Source of the DNA: Bacillus subtilis subsp. subtilis str. 168
Lineage (GTDB): Bacteria > Bacillota > Bacilli > Bacillales > Bacillaceae
Assembly (NCBI RefSeq): GCF_000009045.1
Contig: NC_000964.3
Span: 990,001-1,022,000 of the forward strand
Direction of reading: 5' to 3'
DNA: 32,000 nt
The notes under the pieces are model-generated. The model was not told where the DNA came from. It did not search any database and was given only the letters and a program-made list of their open reading frames with translations. This document shows, in pieces, positions 8,402 through 20,983 of the stretch (positions within the stretch are counted from its first letter, which is position 1; each line of letters starts with the position of its first letter). The position numbers and the translations under genes were made by a program.

Positions 8402-9943
8402 TTGTCTGAGAAATTAGATTTGACCCGGTTTGAAAAGAAAATGGTTATCCGCAATATCGAAGAGAAAGACATCGACAAGATTATCGATCTTCAAAAGGAC
8501 TGCTTTCCAGGAATGGAGCCTTGGAAGCGGGAGCATTTAATCAGCCATTTGGAGCATTTTCCGGAAGGACAGTTTTGTGCAGAATTCGAAGGTGAAATTA
8601 TCGGTTCGTGCTCAAGTCTCCTGATTAACTTTGATGAATATGATGACCGCCATACGTGGCAGGACATTACAGATGACGGTTATATCACCAACCATAATCC
8701 TGACGGCTTGAATATGTACGGAATTGAAGTCATGGTGCACCCGAAATACAGACGAATGAAGATCGGCCACCGTTTGTACGAGGCGAGAAAGGACTTAGCC
8801 AGACGCTTAAACCTGAAAAGCATCATCATAGGCGGACGGATTCCAAACTATCACAAATATGCAGAGGAAATGACAGCGAGAGAGTATGTTGAACAGGTGA
8901 CACGCCACCAAATTTACGATCCGGTTCTTTCTTTTCAGCTGATGAACGGCTTTACCCTTATGCGAATTAACCCGAACTATCTCCCGGATGATACAGCTTC
9001 GATCAAGTATGCGACGCTGATGGAATGGAATAATGTCGATTATCTACCGCAGCAGACAAAACGCTATTATAAATCGGCGTTCCCTGTTAGAATTTGTGTG
9101 ATCCAATACGAAATGAAGAAAATTTATTCCTTTGAGGAATTTGCGAATCAAGTAGAATACTATGTCGATGTTGCTTCCGACGCAAGATCTGATTTTGCGG
9201 TGTTCCCGGAAATTTTCACAACCCAGCTGATGTCCTTCCTTGAGGAACGGTCACCGAGCTTGGCGGTGCAGAGAATTACCGAGTATACAGAAGATTACAT
9301 CAGCCTGTTTACTGACTTGGCTGTGAAGTATAACGTCAACATTATCGGCGGATCTCATTTCGTCGAAGAGGAAGGCAAGATCTATAATATCGCTTACCTG
9401 TTCAGACGGGACGGAACGATCGAGAAGCAATACAAACTCCATATTACGCCGAATGAACGCAAATGGTGGGGGATCAGCGCAGGAGACCAAGTTCGCGTGT
9501 TTGATACGGACTGCGGGAAAATCGCGATCCAGATCTGTTATGACATTGAATTTCCTGAGCTTGCCCGGATTGCGGCTGATAAAGGAGCCAAAATCATCTT
9601 TACGCCATTTTGTACAGAAGACCGTCAAGGCTATCTGCGTGTCAGATACTGTTCGCAGGCTAGAGCGGTTGAAAATCAAATTTATACGGTTATCTCTGGA
9701 ACGGTCGGAAACCTTCCGCAAACGGAAAACATGGATATCCAATACGCCCAGTCAGGCATCTTTGCCCCGTCTGATTTTGAATTCGCCCGAGACGGCATTG
9801 TCGGCGAAACAAACCCGAATATTGAAATGGTCGTCATCGGCGATGTTGACCTGGAAATTCTCAGAAGACAGCGCCAAAACGGTACAGTGCGCCAGCTAAA
9901 AGACAGACGACGTGATATTTATCATATTCAATATAAAAAATAA
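8402..9943 (+). CDS. yhcX: Two-domain protein: N-terminal GNAT acetyltransferase fused to a C-terminal nitrilase-superfamily (C-N hydrolase) domain (513 aa)
   Basis: TTG start follows GAAAGGAG and lies 15 nt after the yhcW stop, suggesting an operon. The GNAT core is VHPKYRRMKIGHRLYEA. C-N hydrolase elements are AVFPE (Glu), YKLHITPNE (candidate Lys) and IAIQICYDIEFPE (Cys). Confidence 0.92.
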   Translation: MSEKLDLTRFEKKMVIRNIEEKDIDKIIDLQKDCFPGMEPWKREHLISHLEHFPEGQFCAEFEGEIIGSCSSLLINFDEYDDRHTWQDITDDGYITNHNPDGLNMYGIEVMVHPKYRRMKIGHRLYEARKDLARRLNLKSIIIGGRIPNYHKYAEEMTAREYVEQVTRHQIYDPVLSFQLMNGFTLMRINPNYLPDDTASIKYATLMEWNNVDYLPQQTKRYYKSAFPVRICVIQYEMKKIYSFEEFANQVEYYVDVASDARSDFAVFPEIFTTQLMSFLEERSPSLAVQRITEYTEDYISLFTDLAVKYNVNIIGGSHFVEEEGKIYNIAYLFRRDGTIEKQYKLHITPNERKWWGISAGDQVRVFDTDCGKIAIQICYDIEFPELARIAADKGAKIIFTPFCTEDRQGYLRVRYCSQARAVENQIYTVISGTVGNLPQTENMDIQYAQSGIFAPSDFEFARDGIVGETNPNIEMVVIGDVDLEILRRQRQNGTVRQLKDRRRDIYHIQYKK

Positions 9944-9948
9944 TTCCC

Positions 9949-9979
9949 AAAAAACCCGCCTGAATTGGCGGGTTTTTTT
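9949..9979 (+). terminator. Rho-independent terminator after yhcX
   Basis: AAAAACCCGCC-tgaatt-GGCGGGTTTTTTT has a perfect 11-bp stem plus a T run. Confidence 0.9.
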
Positions 9980-10026
9980 AAACAAAAGCGGAATTGTTTA
10001 GGTGCTTTCTTTAAAATAAAAGTAAA

Positions 10027-10218
10027 TTGTATAGTGGATGTGCCTTATGGAGTTTCTGTATTTTCGCCATTTCCTATATCATACAGAAAACGGCTAGGCT
10101 TCACATTGCTATTGCAATGGCTGTCCAAGTTGTTTCGAGTGCGACCTTTATCAGTACGATGCTGAGCATTGTCACTTTGCCTGTTTTGCTTTGGAAGCTG
10201 CATCCTCTTTCTTCTTGA
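10027..10218 (+). pseudogene. Possible relic 3' end of a membrane-transporter gene (no functional start), followed by its own terminator
   Basis: The frame encodes ...HIAIAMAVQVVSSATFISTMLSIVTLPVLLWKL*, which looks like a final TM helix of a permease. My impression is the auxin-efflux-carrier/Mem_trans type, from memory only. There is no SD before the TTG at 10027 and I could not find a convincing promoter. The stop codon lies in the loop of the 10201-10236 terminator, as expected for a genuine former gene end. Confidence 0.3.
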
Positions 10219-10236
10219 GAAAGGGGATGTTTTATT
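10201..10236 (+). terminator. Orphan rho-independent terminator in the yhcX-yhxA spacer
   Basis: CATCCTCTTT pairs with AAAGGGGATG (10 bp, one G-U) and is followed by TTTTATTATTT. No annotated-size gene ends here. Confidence 0.7.
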
Positions 10237-10250
10237 ATTTACGCGGTTTA

Positions 10251-10279
10251 TTGACTCTGACCCGGTCTGGCTTTATATT
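10251..10279 (+). promoter_or_regulatory. Sigma-A-type promoter for yhxA-glpP
   Basis: TTGACT (10251-10256), an exact 17-nt spacer, then TATATT (10274-10279). It lies about 85 nt upstream of the yhxA start. Confidence 0.65.
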
Positions 10280-10363
10280 GAAGGCAGGGAAATCATCACC
10301 AAGACATCACATAAAGAGAAGGTCTGTTTCAATTGAATTGGCATTATAGGGAACGCTAATGAA

Positions 10364-11716
10364 ATGGAGATGATGGGGATGGAAAACATTCAGCAAAATC
10401 AGGGATTAAAGCAAAAAGATGAGCAATTTGTGTGGCATGCCATGAAGGGAGCGCATCAAGCGGACAGCCTGATAGCCCAGAAGGCCGAAGGGGCCTGGGT
10501 AACCGACACAGACGGACGCCGCTATTTGGATGCGATGTCCGGTTTGTGGTGCGTCAACATTGGTTACGGCAGAAAGGAGCTTGCGGAGGCTGCCTATGAG
10601 CAACTAAAGGAGCTGCCTTACTACCCGTTAACGCAAAGTCACGCACCCGCAATTCAACTGGCGGAAAAGCTGAATGAATGGCTTGGCGGCGATTATGTTA
10701 TTTTTTTTTCCAACAGCGGATCGGAAGCAAACGAAACTGCTTTTAAAATTGCCCGCCAGTACCATCTGCAAAACGGCGACCACAGCCGTTATAAATTCAT
10801 CTCAAGATATCGGGCATACCACGGCAATACATTGGGAGCGCTCTCAGCTACCGGACAGGCGCAGCGGAAATATAAATACGAGCCTTTGAGCCAAGGGTTC
10901 CTGCATGCAGCTCCGCCAGATATATACCGGAATCCTGATGATGCAGACACGCTTGAAAGCGCAAATGAAATCGACCGCATCATGACATGGGAATTAAGCG
11001 AAACGATTGCCGGGGTCATTATGGAGCCCATCATTACAGGCGGAGGCATCCTAATGCCGCCGGACGGATATATGAAGAAGGTGGAGGACATTTGCCGGCG
11101 CCACGGAGCCCTTTTGATTTGCGATGAAGTGATCTGCGGGTTTGGACGGACAGGTGAGCCGTTCGGGTTTATGCACTACGGTGTGAAGCCTGATATCATT
11201 ACGATGGCAAAGGGAATCACAAGCGCGTATCTGCCATTGTCAGCGACTGCTGTGAAACGGGACATTTTCGAAGCGTATCAGGGGGAAGCTCCTTATGACC
11301 GTTTCCGCCACGTGAACACGTTCGGCGGAAGCCCGGCTGCCTGTGCTTTGGCGTTGAAAAACCTGCAAATTATGGAGGACGAACAGCTGATTCAGCGATC
11401 CCGTGATCTTGGAGCAAAGCTTTTAGGTGAGCTTCAAGCTCTGAGAGAACACCCGGCAGTCGGGGATGTTAGAGGAAAAGGGCTGCTGATCGGAATCGAA
11501 CTCGTCAAAGACAAATTGACTAAAGAGCCGGCTGATGCCGCCAAAGTAAACCAAGTGGTTGCGGCGTGCAAAGAAAAAGGGCTGATCATCGGCAAAAACG
11601 GCGATACAGTCGCCGGCTACAACAATGTCATCCAGCTTGCGCCGCCATTTTGCCTGACAGAAGAGGACCTTTCCTTTATCGTGAAAACGGTGAAAGAAAG
11701 CTTTCAAACGATATAA
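10364..11716 (+). CDS. yhxA: Class-III (omega-type) PLP-dependent aminotransferase (450 aa)
   Basis: SNSGSEANE is present, the DEV motif is LICDEVICGFGRTG, and the PLP lysine context is DIITMAKGITS. ATG10364 gives 450 aa. ATG10379, 9 nt after GGAG at 10366-10369, is an alternative start. Confidence 0.9.
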   Translation: MEMMGMENIQQNQGLKQKDEQFVWHAMKGAHQADSLIAQKAEGAWVTDTDGRRYLDAMSGLWCVNIGYGRKELAEAAYEQLKELPYYPLTQSHAPAIQLAEKLNEWLGGDYVIFFSNSGSEANETAFKIARQYHLQNGDHSRYKFISRYRAYHGNTLGALSATGQAQRKYKYEPLSQGFLHAAPPDIYRNPDDADTLESANEIDRIMTWELSETIAGVIMEPIITGGGILMPPDGYMKKVEDICRRHGALLICDEVICGFGRTGEPFGFMHYGVKPDIITMAKGITSAYLPLSATAVKRDIFEAYQGEAPYDRFRHVNTFGGSPAACALALKNLQIMEDEQLIQRSRDLGAKLLGELQALREHPAVGDVRGKGLLIGIELVKDKLTKEPADAAKVNQVVAACKEKGLIIGKNGDTVAGYNNVIQLAPPFCLTEEDLSFIVKTVKESFQTI

Positions 11717-11743
11717 TATAAAAGTGAATTATTAAAGGAGCAC

Positions 11744-12322
11744 ATGATGAGTTTTCACAACCAGCCGATCTTACCGGCTATTCGCAATATGAAGCAATTT
11801 GATGAGTTTTTGAACAGTTCATTCTCTTACGGTGTTATTCTTGATATTCATCTCGGCCAGCTGAAGGGCGTGATCAAAGAAGCGCAAAAGCACGGAAAGA
11901 ACATGATGGTGCACGTCGATCTCATTCAAGGGATTAAGCATGACGAATACGGTGCGGAATTTATATGTCAGGATATCAAGCCCGCTGGGATTATTTCCAC
12001 AAGATCGAATGTGATTGCCAAAGCGAAGCAGAAGAAAATTTATGCCATTCAGCGCCTGTTTTTGCTTGATACAAGCGCGATGGAGAAAAGCATGGAGTTT
12101 ATCGGCAAGCATAAGCCTGACTTCATCGAAGTGCTTCCCGGCATCGTTCCGTCACTCATTCAGGAAATAAAAGAGAAAACAGGGATTCCCATCTTTGCCG
12201 GGGGTTTCATCCGTACGGAAGAGGATGTAGAGCAGGCATTGAAAGCGGGGGCTGTAGCTGTCACAACATCTAATACCAAATTGTGGAAAAAATATGAAAA
12301 CTTTTTGACGGAAAGTGATTGA
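11744..12322 (+). CDS. glpP: Glycerol-3-phosphate-responsive antiterminator GlpP (192 aa)
   Basis: 192-aa ORF after AAAGGAG, directly upstream of glpFK. Length and position match glpP. Its TGA stop (12320-12322) lies inside the glpFK -35/cre element. Confidence 0.9.
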
Positions 12323-12347
12323 CACCGCTTTCATGCACTGATACAAT
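12319..12347 (+). promoter_or_regulatory. glpFK sigma-A promoter (TTGACA-17-TACAAT, TG-extended)
   Basis: TTGACA is at 12319-12324, the spacer is 17 nt, TG is at 12339-12340 and TACAAT is at 12342-12347. Confidence 0.85.
12320..12333 (+). promoter_or_regulatory. Catabolite-responsive element (cre) overlapping the glpFK -35
   Basis: TGACACCGCTTTCA fits TGWNANCGNTNWCA at all 14 positions. Confidence 0.8.
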
Positions 12348-12381
12348 TGCACTAGGTTAATACATTGTGATGGAGAACTCG

Positions 12382-12447
12382 GAGACCACAGCAGCTCTTT
12401 ACGGCAAATGTTTATGCACCCGTAAAGCGGTTTGTTGTGGTTTTTTT
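12382..12447 (+). terminator. glpFK leader terminator (target of GlpP antitermination)
   Basis: A long imperfect stem pairs ACCACAGCAGCTCTTTACGG with CCGTAAAGCGGTTTGTTGTGGT. A T7 run follows. It lies between the promoter and the glpF SD. Confidence 0.85.
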
Positions 12448-12500
12448 ATTCTCTTCTTCTCTATCATGCTTTTTAATCGTGACTTTAGGAGGAATGTGCT

Positions 12501-13325
12501 ATGACAGCATTTTGGGGAGAAGTCATCGGTACGATGCTGCTTATCATTTTTGGTGCAGGTGTTTGTGCAGGTGTCAATTTAAAGAAATCGCTTTCATTCC
12601 AGTCTGGCTGGATTGTTGTTGTATTTGGATGGGGATTGGGTGTTGCCATGGCGGCATACGCGGTTGGCGGCATCAGCGGTGCCCATTTGAATCCGGCGCT
12701 AACGATAGCGCTTGCATTTGTAGGAGATTTTCCTTGGAAAGAGGTTCCGGTTTATATTGCGGCGCAAATGATCGGAGCGATCATCGGTGCGGTGATTATT
12801 TATCTGCATTACCTCCCGCACTGGAAGTCAACGGATGATCCCGCTGCCAAGCTGGGTGTTTTCTCAACAGGGCCCAGCATTCCGCATACATTTGCAAACG
12901 TTTTAAGCGAAGTGATTGGGACATTTGTCCTTGTACTTGGAATCTTGGCCATAGGTGCAAATCAATTTACAGAAGGACTTAATCCTTTAATCGTCGGTTT
13001 CCTCATTGTAGCAATCGGTATTTCTCTGGGAGGCACCACCGGCTATGCTATCAATCCTGCACGTGACTTAGGTCCGCGGATCGCCCACGCTTTTCTTCCG
13101 ATTCCGGGGAAGGGCTCATCAAACTGGAAATACGCATGGGTTCCGGTAGTCGGCCCGATTTTAGGCGGATCATTCGGCGGTGTATTTTACAACGCTGCAT
13201 TTAAAGGGCACATCACAAGCAGCTTCTGGATTGTAAGCGTTATATTGGTTGTGGTATTGTTAGGACTCTATGTTTATACGAAATCACATTCTGCTAAAAC
13301 ATTATCAAATTCTAAATATATTTAA
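12501..13325 (+). CDS. glpF: Glycerol uptake facilitator (aquaglyceroporin, 274 aa)
   Basis: Two NPA boxes (HLNPALT and AINPARD) and six hydrophobic segments are present. The SD is AGGAGG. Confidence 0.97.
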   Translation: MTAFWGEVIGTMLLIIFGAGVCAGVNLKKSLSFQSGWIVVVFGWGLGVAMAAYAVGGISGAHLNPALTIALAFVGDFPWKEVPVYIAAQMIGAIIGAVIIYLHYLPHWKSTDDPAAKLGVFSTGPSIPHTFANVLSEVIGTFVLVLGILAIGANQFTEGLNPLIVGFLIVAIGISLGGTTGYAINPARDLGPRIAHAFLPIPGKGSSNWKYAWVPVVGPILGGSFGGVFYNAAFKGHITSSFWIVSVILVVVLLGLYVYTKSHSAKTLSNSKYI

Positions 13326-14834
<1,509 letters not shown>

Positions 14835-14844
14835 AGTAATACTA

Positions 14845-14853
14845 TGGTATAAT
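14845..14853 (+). promoter_or_regulatory. glpD promoter, extended -10 (TGgTATAAT)
   Basis: TG is at 14845-14846 and TATAAT at 14848-14853. The -35 region is weak (ttttaa). It lies 11 nt after the glpK stop and upstream of the glpD leader terminator. Confidence 0.65.
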
Positions 14854-14889
14854 GGTTACAAGTTAATAAGAACGGTCCTGAGATGAGGA

Positions 14890-14943
14890 GAGACCACAGC
14901 ACCAAAGTGTAAGCATGCACTTTGGCTGTTGTGGTCTCTTTTT
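14890..14943 (+). terminator. glpD leader terminator (target of GlpP antitermination)
   Basis: GAGACCACAGCACCAAAGTG pairs with CACTTTGGCTGTTGTGGTCTC (about 20 bp, one bulge, one G-U). TTTTT follows. It lies 30 nt upstream of the glpD SD. Confidence 0.88.
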
Positions 14944-14974
14944 CTATTTACCGTGACAACAAGGAGGAAACGTA

Positions 14975-16642
14975 ATGATGAATCATCAATTTTCAAGTCT
15001 TGAAAGAGATCGCATGCTGACAGACATGACGAAAAAAACATATGACCTATTTATTATCGGAGGAGGAATTACAGGAGCCGGAACAGCTCTTGACGCGGCA
15101 TCAAGGGGAATGAAGGTCGCACTAAGCGAAATGCAGGACTTTGCGGCGGGAACATCAAGCCGATCAACGAAGCTGGTACATGGCGGCTTGCGCTATTTAA
15201 AACAATTTGAAGTGAAAATGGTCGCTGAGGTAGGAAAAGAGCGGGCGATTGTGTATGAAAACGGCCCGCATGTCACTACACCGGAATGGATGCTGCTTCC
15301 GTTTCATAAAGGCGGCACATTCGGTTCATTTACAACATCTATTGGGTTAAGGGTTTATGACTTCCTTGCAGGTGTGAAAAAGTCAGAACGAAGAAGCATG
15401 CTTTCAGCAAAAGAAACGCTGCAAAAAGAGCCTTTGGTGAAAAAAGACGGCTTAAAAGGCGGCGGGTACTATGTGGAATACCGCACTGACGATGCGAGAC
15501 TGACCATCGAAGTCATGAAGGAAGCGGTTAAATTCGGGGCAGAGCCTGTGAATTACTCCAAAGTGAAGGAGCTTCTTTACGAAAAAGGCAAAGCCGTCGG
15601 CGTATTAATTGAAGATGTGCTGACAAAGAAAGAATATAAAGTGTATGCGAAAAAAATTGTCAATGCTACAGGCCCTTGGGTCGATCAGCTCAGAGAAAAA
15701 GACCATTCGAAAAACGGAAAGCATTTGCAGCATACAAAAGGCATTCACCTTGTATTTGACCAGTCTGTCTTTCCGCTGAAACAGGCTGTATATTTCGATA
15801 CACCTGATGGCCGGATGGTATTTGCGATTCCTCGTGAAGGCAAAACATACGTGGGAACAACAGACACTGTTTACAAAGAGGCGCTGGAGCATCCGCGGAT
15901 GACAACGGAGGATCGTGATTATGTCATCAAATCAATCAATTACATGTTCCCGGAACTGAATATCACTGCGAATGACATCGAATCCAGCTGGGCGGGGCTG
16001 CGTCCGCTGATTCATGAAGAAGGCAAAGATCCTTCTGAAATTTCACGGAAAGACGAGATTTGGACATCTGACTCAGGCCTGATCACCATTGCCGGCGGAA
16101 AACTGACTGGATACAGAAAAATGGCGGAGCACATCGTTGATCTTGTCCGTGATCGCTTAAAAGAAGAGGGCGAAAAGGATTTTGGACCATGTAAAACGAA
16201 AAACATGCCAATCTCTGGCGGGCACGTCGGCGGTTCGAAAAATCTTATGTCCTTCGTTACCGCGAAAACAAAAGAAGGAATTGCAGCCGGTTTATCAGAA
16301 AAAGACGCAAAACAGCTTGCGATCAGATACGGCTCTAACGTAGATCGCGTCTTTGACCGGGTAGAAGCGCTGAAAGATGAGGCCGCGAAACGCAACATTC
16401 CGGTTCATATTCTTGCTGAGGCAGAATACAGTATAGAAGAAGAGATGACTGCAACCCCTGCTGACTTCTTTGTCCGCAGAACGGGACGTTTATTTTTTGA
16501 TATCAATTGGGTAAGAACATATAAAGATGCCGTTATTGATTTTATGAGCGAGCGATTCCAATGGGATGAGCAGGCGAAAAACAAACATACAGAAAACCTC
16601 AACAAGCTTTTACACGATGCGGTCGTACCGCTTGAGCAATAA
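14975..16642 (+). CDS. glpD: Aerobic FAD-dependent glycerol-3-phosphate dehydrogenase (555 aa)
   Basis: The dinucleotide fold is [22 protein letters not shown]. The SD is AAGGAGG. Length matches glpD. Confidence 0.96.
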   Translation: MMNHQFSSLERDRMLTDMTKKTYDLFIIGGGITGAGTALDAASRGMKVALSEMQDFAAGTSSRSTKLVHGGLRYLKQFEVKMVAEVGKERAIVYENGPHVTTPEWMLLPFHKGGTFGSFTTSIGLRVYDFLAGVKKSERRSMLSAKETLQKEPLVKKDGLKGGGYYVEYRTDDARLTIEVMKEAVKFGAEPVNYSKVKELLYEKGKAVGVLIEDVLTKKEYKVYAKKIVNATGPWVDQLREKDHSKNGKHLQHTKGIHLVFDQSVFPLKQAVYFDTPDGRMVFAIPREGKTYVGTTDTVYKEALEHPRMTTEDRDYVIKSINYMFPELNITANDIESSWAGLRPLIHEEGKDPSEISRKDEIWTSDSGLITIAGGKLTGYRKMAEHIVDLVRDRLKEEGEKDFGPCKTKNMPISGGHVGGSKNLMSFVTAKTKEGIAAGLSEKDAKQLAIRYGSNVDRVFDRVEALKDEAAKRNIPVHILAEAEYSIEEEMTATPADFFVRRTGRLFFDINWVRTYKDAVIDFMSERFQWDEQAKNKHTENLNKLLHDAVVPLEQ

Positions 16643-16645
16643 ATC

Positions 16646-16679
16646 ATAACGGGCTGTCTGCAGCCCGTTATTTCTTTTT
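16646..16679 (+). terminator. Rho-independent terminator after glpD
   Basis: ATAACGGGCTG-tctg-CAGCCCGTTAT has a perfect 11-bp stem and is followed by TTTCTTTTT. Confidence 0.9.
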
Positions 16680-16773
16680 ACGTGCCGAAAGGGGGAGATC
16701 TCAGGTTATCAAGTGACAGAGGCACCCGCTTCATATAAAATAATGGCATAAGCTGATACATAGGAGGACGAAT

Positions 16774-18519
16774 ATGACTTGGAGAAAGAGCTATGAACGC
16801 TGGAAACAGACAGAACATTTAGATCTGGAATTAAAAGAGCGCCTTATTGAATTAGAGGGAGATGAACAGGCCCTTGAGGACTGTTTCTATAAAGACCTTG
16901 AATTCGGTACCGGCGGAATGCGCGGGGAAATCGGCGCCGGGACAAATCGGATGAATATTTACACTGTGCGCAAAGCATCGGCCGGGTTTGCGGCATACAT
17001 CTCGAAGCAAGGTGAGGAAGCGAAAAAACGGGGCGTTGTCATTGCTTATGATTCCCGCCATAAGTCTCCGGAGTTCGCGATGGAAGCGGCAAAAACACTT
17101 GCGACACAAGGCATCCAAACATACGTGTTTGATGAGCTTCGCCCGACGCCAGAGCTGTCATTCGCTGTTAGACAGCTGAACGCTTATGGTGGAATTGTGG
17201 TAACGGCAAGCCATAACCCGCCTGAATATAACGGCTACAAAGTATACGGGGATGATGGCGGCCAGCTGCCTCCAAAGGAAGCGGACATCGTCATTGAGCA
17301 GGTAAACGCGATTGAAAATGAGCTGACGATCACAGTGGACGAAGAAAATAAGTTAAAAGAAAAAGGCTTAATCAAAATCATCGGTGAAGATATTGATAAA
17401 GTTTATACAGAAAAACTGACGTCCATTTCTGTACATCCTGAATTATCGGAAGAAGTAGATGTAAAGGTTGTTTTCACACCGCTGCATGGAACTGCAAATA
17501 AACCGGTCAGACGCGGTCTTGAAGCACTCGGCTACAAAAATGTAACGGTTGTCAAAGAACAGGAACTGCCGGATTCAAACTTCTCCACTGTTACATCGCC
17601 GAACCCGGAAGAGCATGCGGCATTCGAATATGCCATTAAGCTTGGGGAGGAGCAGAATGCAGATATTCTCATCGCGACAGATCCTGATGCTGACCGCCTC
17701 GGCATCGCGGTGAAAAACGATCAAGGCAAATATACAGTGCTGACAGGAAACCAAACCGGAGCGTTGCTGCTTCATTACCTGCTTTCTGAAAAGAAAAAAC
17801 AAGGCATCCTGCCTGATAACGGTGTTGTTCTCAAAACGATCGTCACAAGCGAAATCGGCCGTGCTGTAGCTTCTTCATTCGGCCTTGATACGATTGATAC
17901 GCTGACAGGCTTTAAGTTTATCGGTGAAAAGATTAAGGAATACGAAGCATCAGGCCAGTATACCTTCCAATTCGGTTATGAAGAGAGCTACGGTTATTTA
18001 ATCGGGGATTTTGCCCGCGATAAGGACGCCATTCAGGCTGCGCTTTTGGCAGTTGAAGTTTGCGCGTTCTATAAAAAACAGGGAATGTCATTGTATGAGG
18101 CGCTCATCAATCTCTTTAACGAATATGGTTTTTATCGTGAAGGGCTGAAATCCCTGACGCTGAAAGGCAAACAAGGAGCAGAGCAAATTGAAGCGATTCT
18201 TGCTTCCTTCAGACAAAATCCGCCGCAGAAAATGGCGGGCAAACAGGTTGTCACAGCAGAAGATTACGCTGTAAGCAAACGGACGCTTCTGACTGAAAGC
18301 AAAGAAGAAGCCATCGACTTGCCAAAATCAAATGTATTGAAATACTTCCTGGAAGACGGGTCTTGGTTCTGTCTCCGTCCTTCTGGAACTGAGCCGAAGG
18401 TTAAATTTTATTTCGCCGTAAAAGGGTCATCTTTGGAAGACAGTGAAAAGCGACTTGCCGTCCTTTCTGAAGATGTAATGAAGACGGTGGATGAAATTGT
18501 TGAGTCAACAGCAAAATAA
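16774..18519 (+). CDS. pgcA: Alpha-phosphoglucomutase (581 aa)
   Basis: The phosphoserine loop is [14 protein letters not shown], the metal loop is ATDPDADR, and the sugar-binding block is GYEESYG. The SD is TAGGAGG. Confidence 0.95.
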
Positions 18520-18530
18520 TTCAAGTATGA

Positions 18531-18566
18531 GCTGGGTCATTGTAAATGATCCGGCTTTTTCTTTTT
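18531..18566 (+). terminator. Rho-independent terminator after pgcA
   Basis: GCTGGGTCAT-tgtaa-ATGATCCGGC forms 10 bp including two G-U pairs. TTTTTCTTTTT follows. Confidence 0.75.
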
Positions 18567-18625
18567 CTCATCCAAAAGTCTGAAAGAAAATCATCCTACA
18601 AGTGAAGCAATGAAATACAAAAAAC

Positions 18626-18634
18626 TGGTATAAT
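18626..18634 (+). promoter_or_regulatory. Candidate extended -10 promoter for yhcYZ-yhdA
   Basis: TGgTATAAT at 18626-18634, 34 nt upstream of the GTG start. There is no good -35, which is compatible with activator dependence. Confidence 0.5.
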
Positions 18635-18667
18635 CTTAAATACAAGATCAATGCCGGAGTGAGAAAC

Positions 18668-19803
18668 GTGAGCAAAACGAGGATGGAAAAATTAAAAACG
18701 CTGAAAACGATTGCGGAAACCTTAAATCAAGGGCACGATATCAAAGCAACACTGGATGAGGTTTTAAAAGAGTTGCTGAGTCTGACAAACCTTCAATCCG
18801 GATGGATTTTTCTGATCGAAGAAGATGGGTCTTATACGTTAGCGGCCGACGCTTATCTGCCCCCGGCTTTAAGCCGCAAGGAAAAAGTGCTGATGTGCGA
18901 AGGGGAGTGTTACTGCCTGACGAAATTCAATAACGGAGGGCTTAGAAAAGCTGCAAATATCATGAACTGCAAACGCATCGAATCAGCAGAAAACCTGCAT
19001 TGTTTTGACACAGAAGGGATTACGCATCATGCAACTGTGCCTTTAGAAGACGGGGACAGAAGATTCGGATTGTTAAATGTAGCGGCGGCCGGAAAAACCA
19101 TGTTTGATGAGGAAGAGCTGCATTTACTCGAGTCTGTCGCCTTTCAGATCGGAACGGCAATCCAGCGTATGAGGCTTTCTGAATATCAACAAAAAAATGC
19201 TCTTTTAATGGAGCGTAACCGCCTCGCTCAGGAGCTTCACGATTCAGTCAATCAAATGCTGTTTTCCGTCAGTTTAACTGCCAAAGCTGCGAAGACACTA
19301 ACAAAAGATGAAAATTTACAGCAGATGATTGATTTCATCCAAAACCTATCACAGGACGCGCTCGCAGAAATGAAAGCGTTAATTTGGCAGCTTCGCCCCG
19401 GAGGATTGGAAAAAGGGCTGGCTGAAGCCATTAAAAGCTATGGTGCGCTCATTGGATTGAAGATCATTTTTACACAAAAAGGCTGTCCTGTTCTGACTGA
19501 TGAGCAGGAGCATATGCTATGGCGTGTCGTACAGGAAGCTTTAAATAACTGCAAAAAGCATGCCGGAACGGATACGGCGTATGTTAGTCTGACTGCTTCT
19601 TTGTGCCATGCGGAGCTGGATATCATCGATCATGGGGCAGGATTTCGCTATGAAGCGCATGCCGGTCTGCCTTCACTTGGCATAAAAGGTATGAAAGAGC
19701 GAGCGGAAAAAGCCGGAGCTAAGTTTTGGATTGAGTCAGCGCTTGGAACTGGAACAAAGCTGTCCATCAGGCTTCCGCTAAAAAGCCGAAAAGGAGGGGC
19801 GGT

Positions 19804-19807
<4 letters not shown>
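18668..19807 (+). CDS. yhcY: Soluble GAF-domain sensor histidine kinase, HisKA_3/NarX-type (379 aa)
   Basis: GTG18668 lies 8 nt after GGAG (18656-18659); the track start 18659 overlaps the SD. There is no hydrophobic TM segment. The H-box is LAQELHDSVNQ and ATP-lid elements include DHGAGF. Five Cys are clustered at nt 18896-19003. Confidence 0.9.
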
Positions 19808-20981
<1,174 letters not shown>

Positions 20982-20983
20982 GT

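Noticed and set aside
9965-10165. 66-aa plus-strand ORF in the yhcX-yhxA spacer, considered as a possible small-protein gene.
   Set aside because: It begins inside the T tract of the yhcX terminator with no SD. Only the overlapping frame ending at 10218 has gene-end geometry, and that one is reported as a relic rather than a live gene.
12437-12838. 133-aa Cys/Trp-rich ORF overlapping the glpF 5' region in another frame, plus 12485..12673 on the minus strand.
   Set aside because: It starts inside the leader terminator with no SD. glpF in the other frame has NPA boxes and a proper SD.
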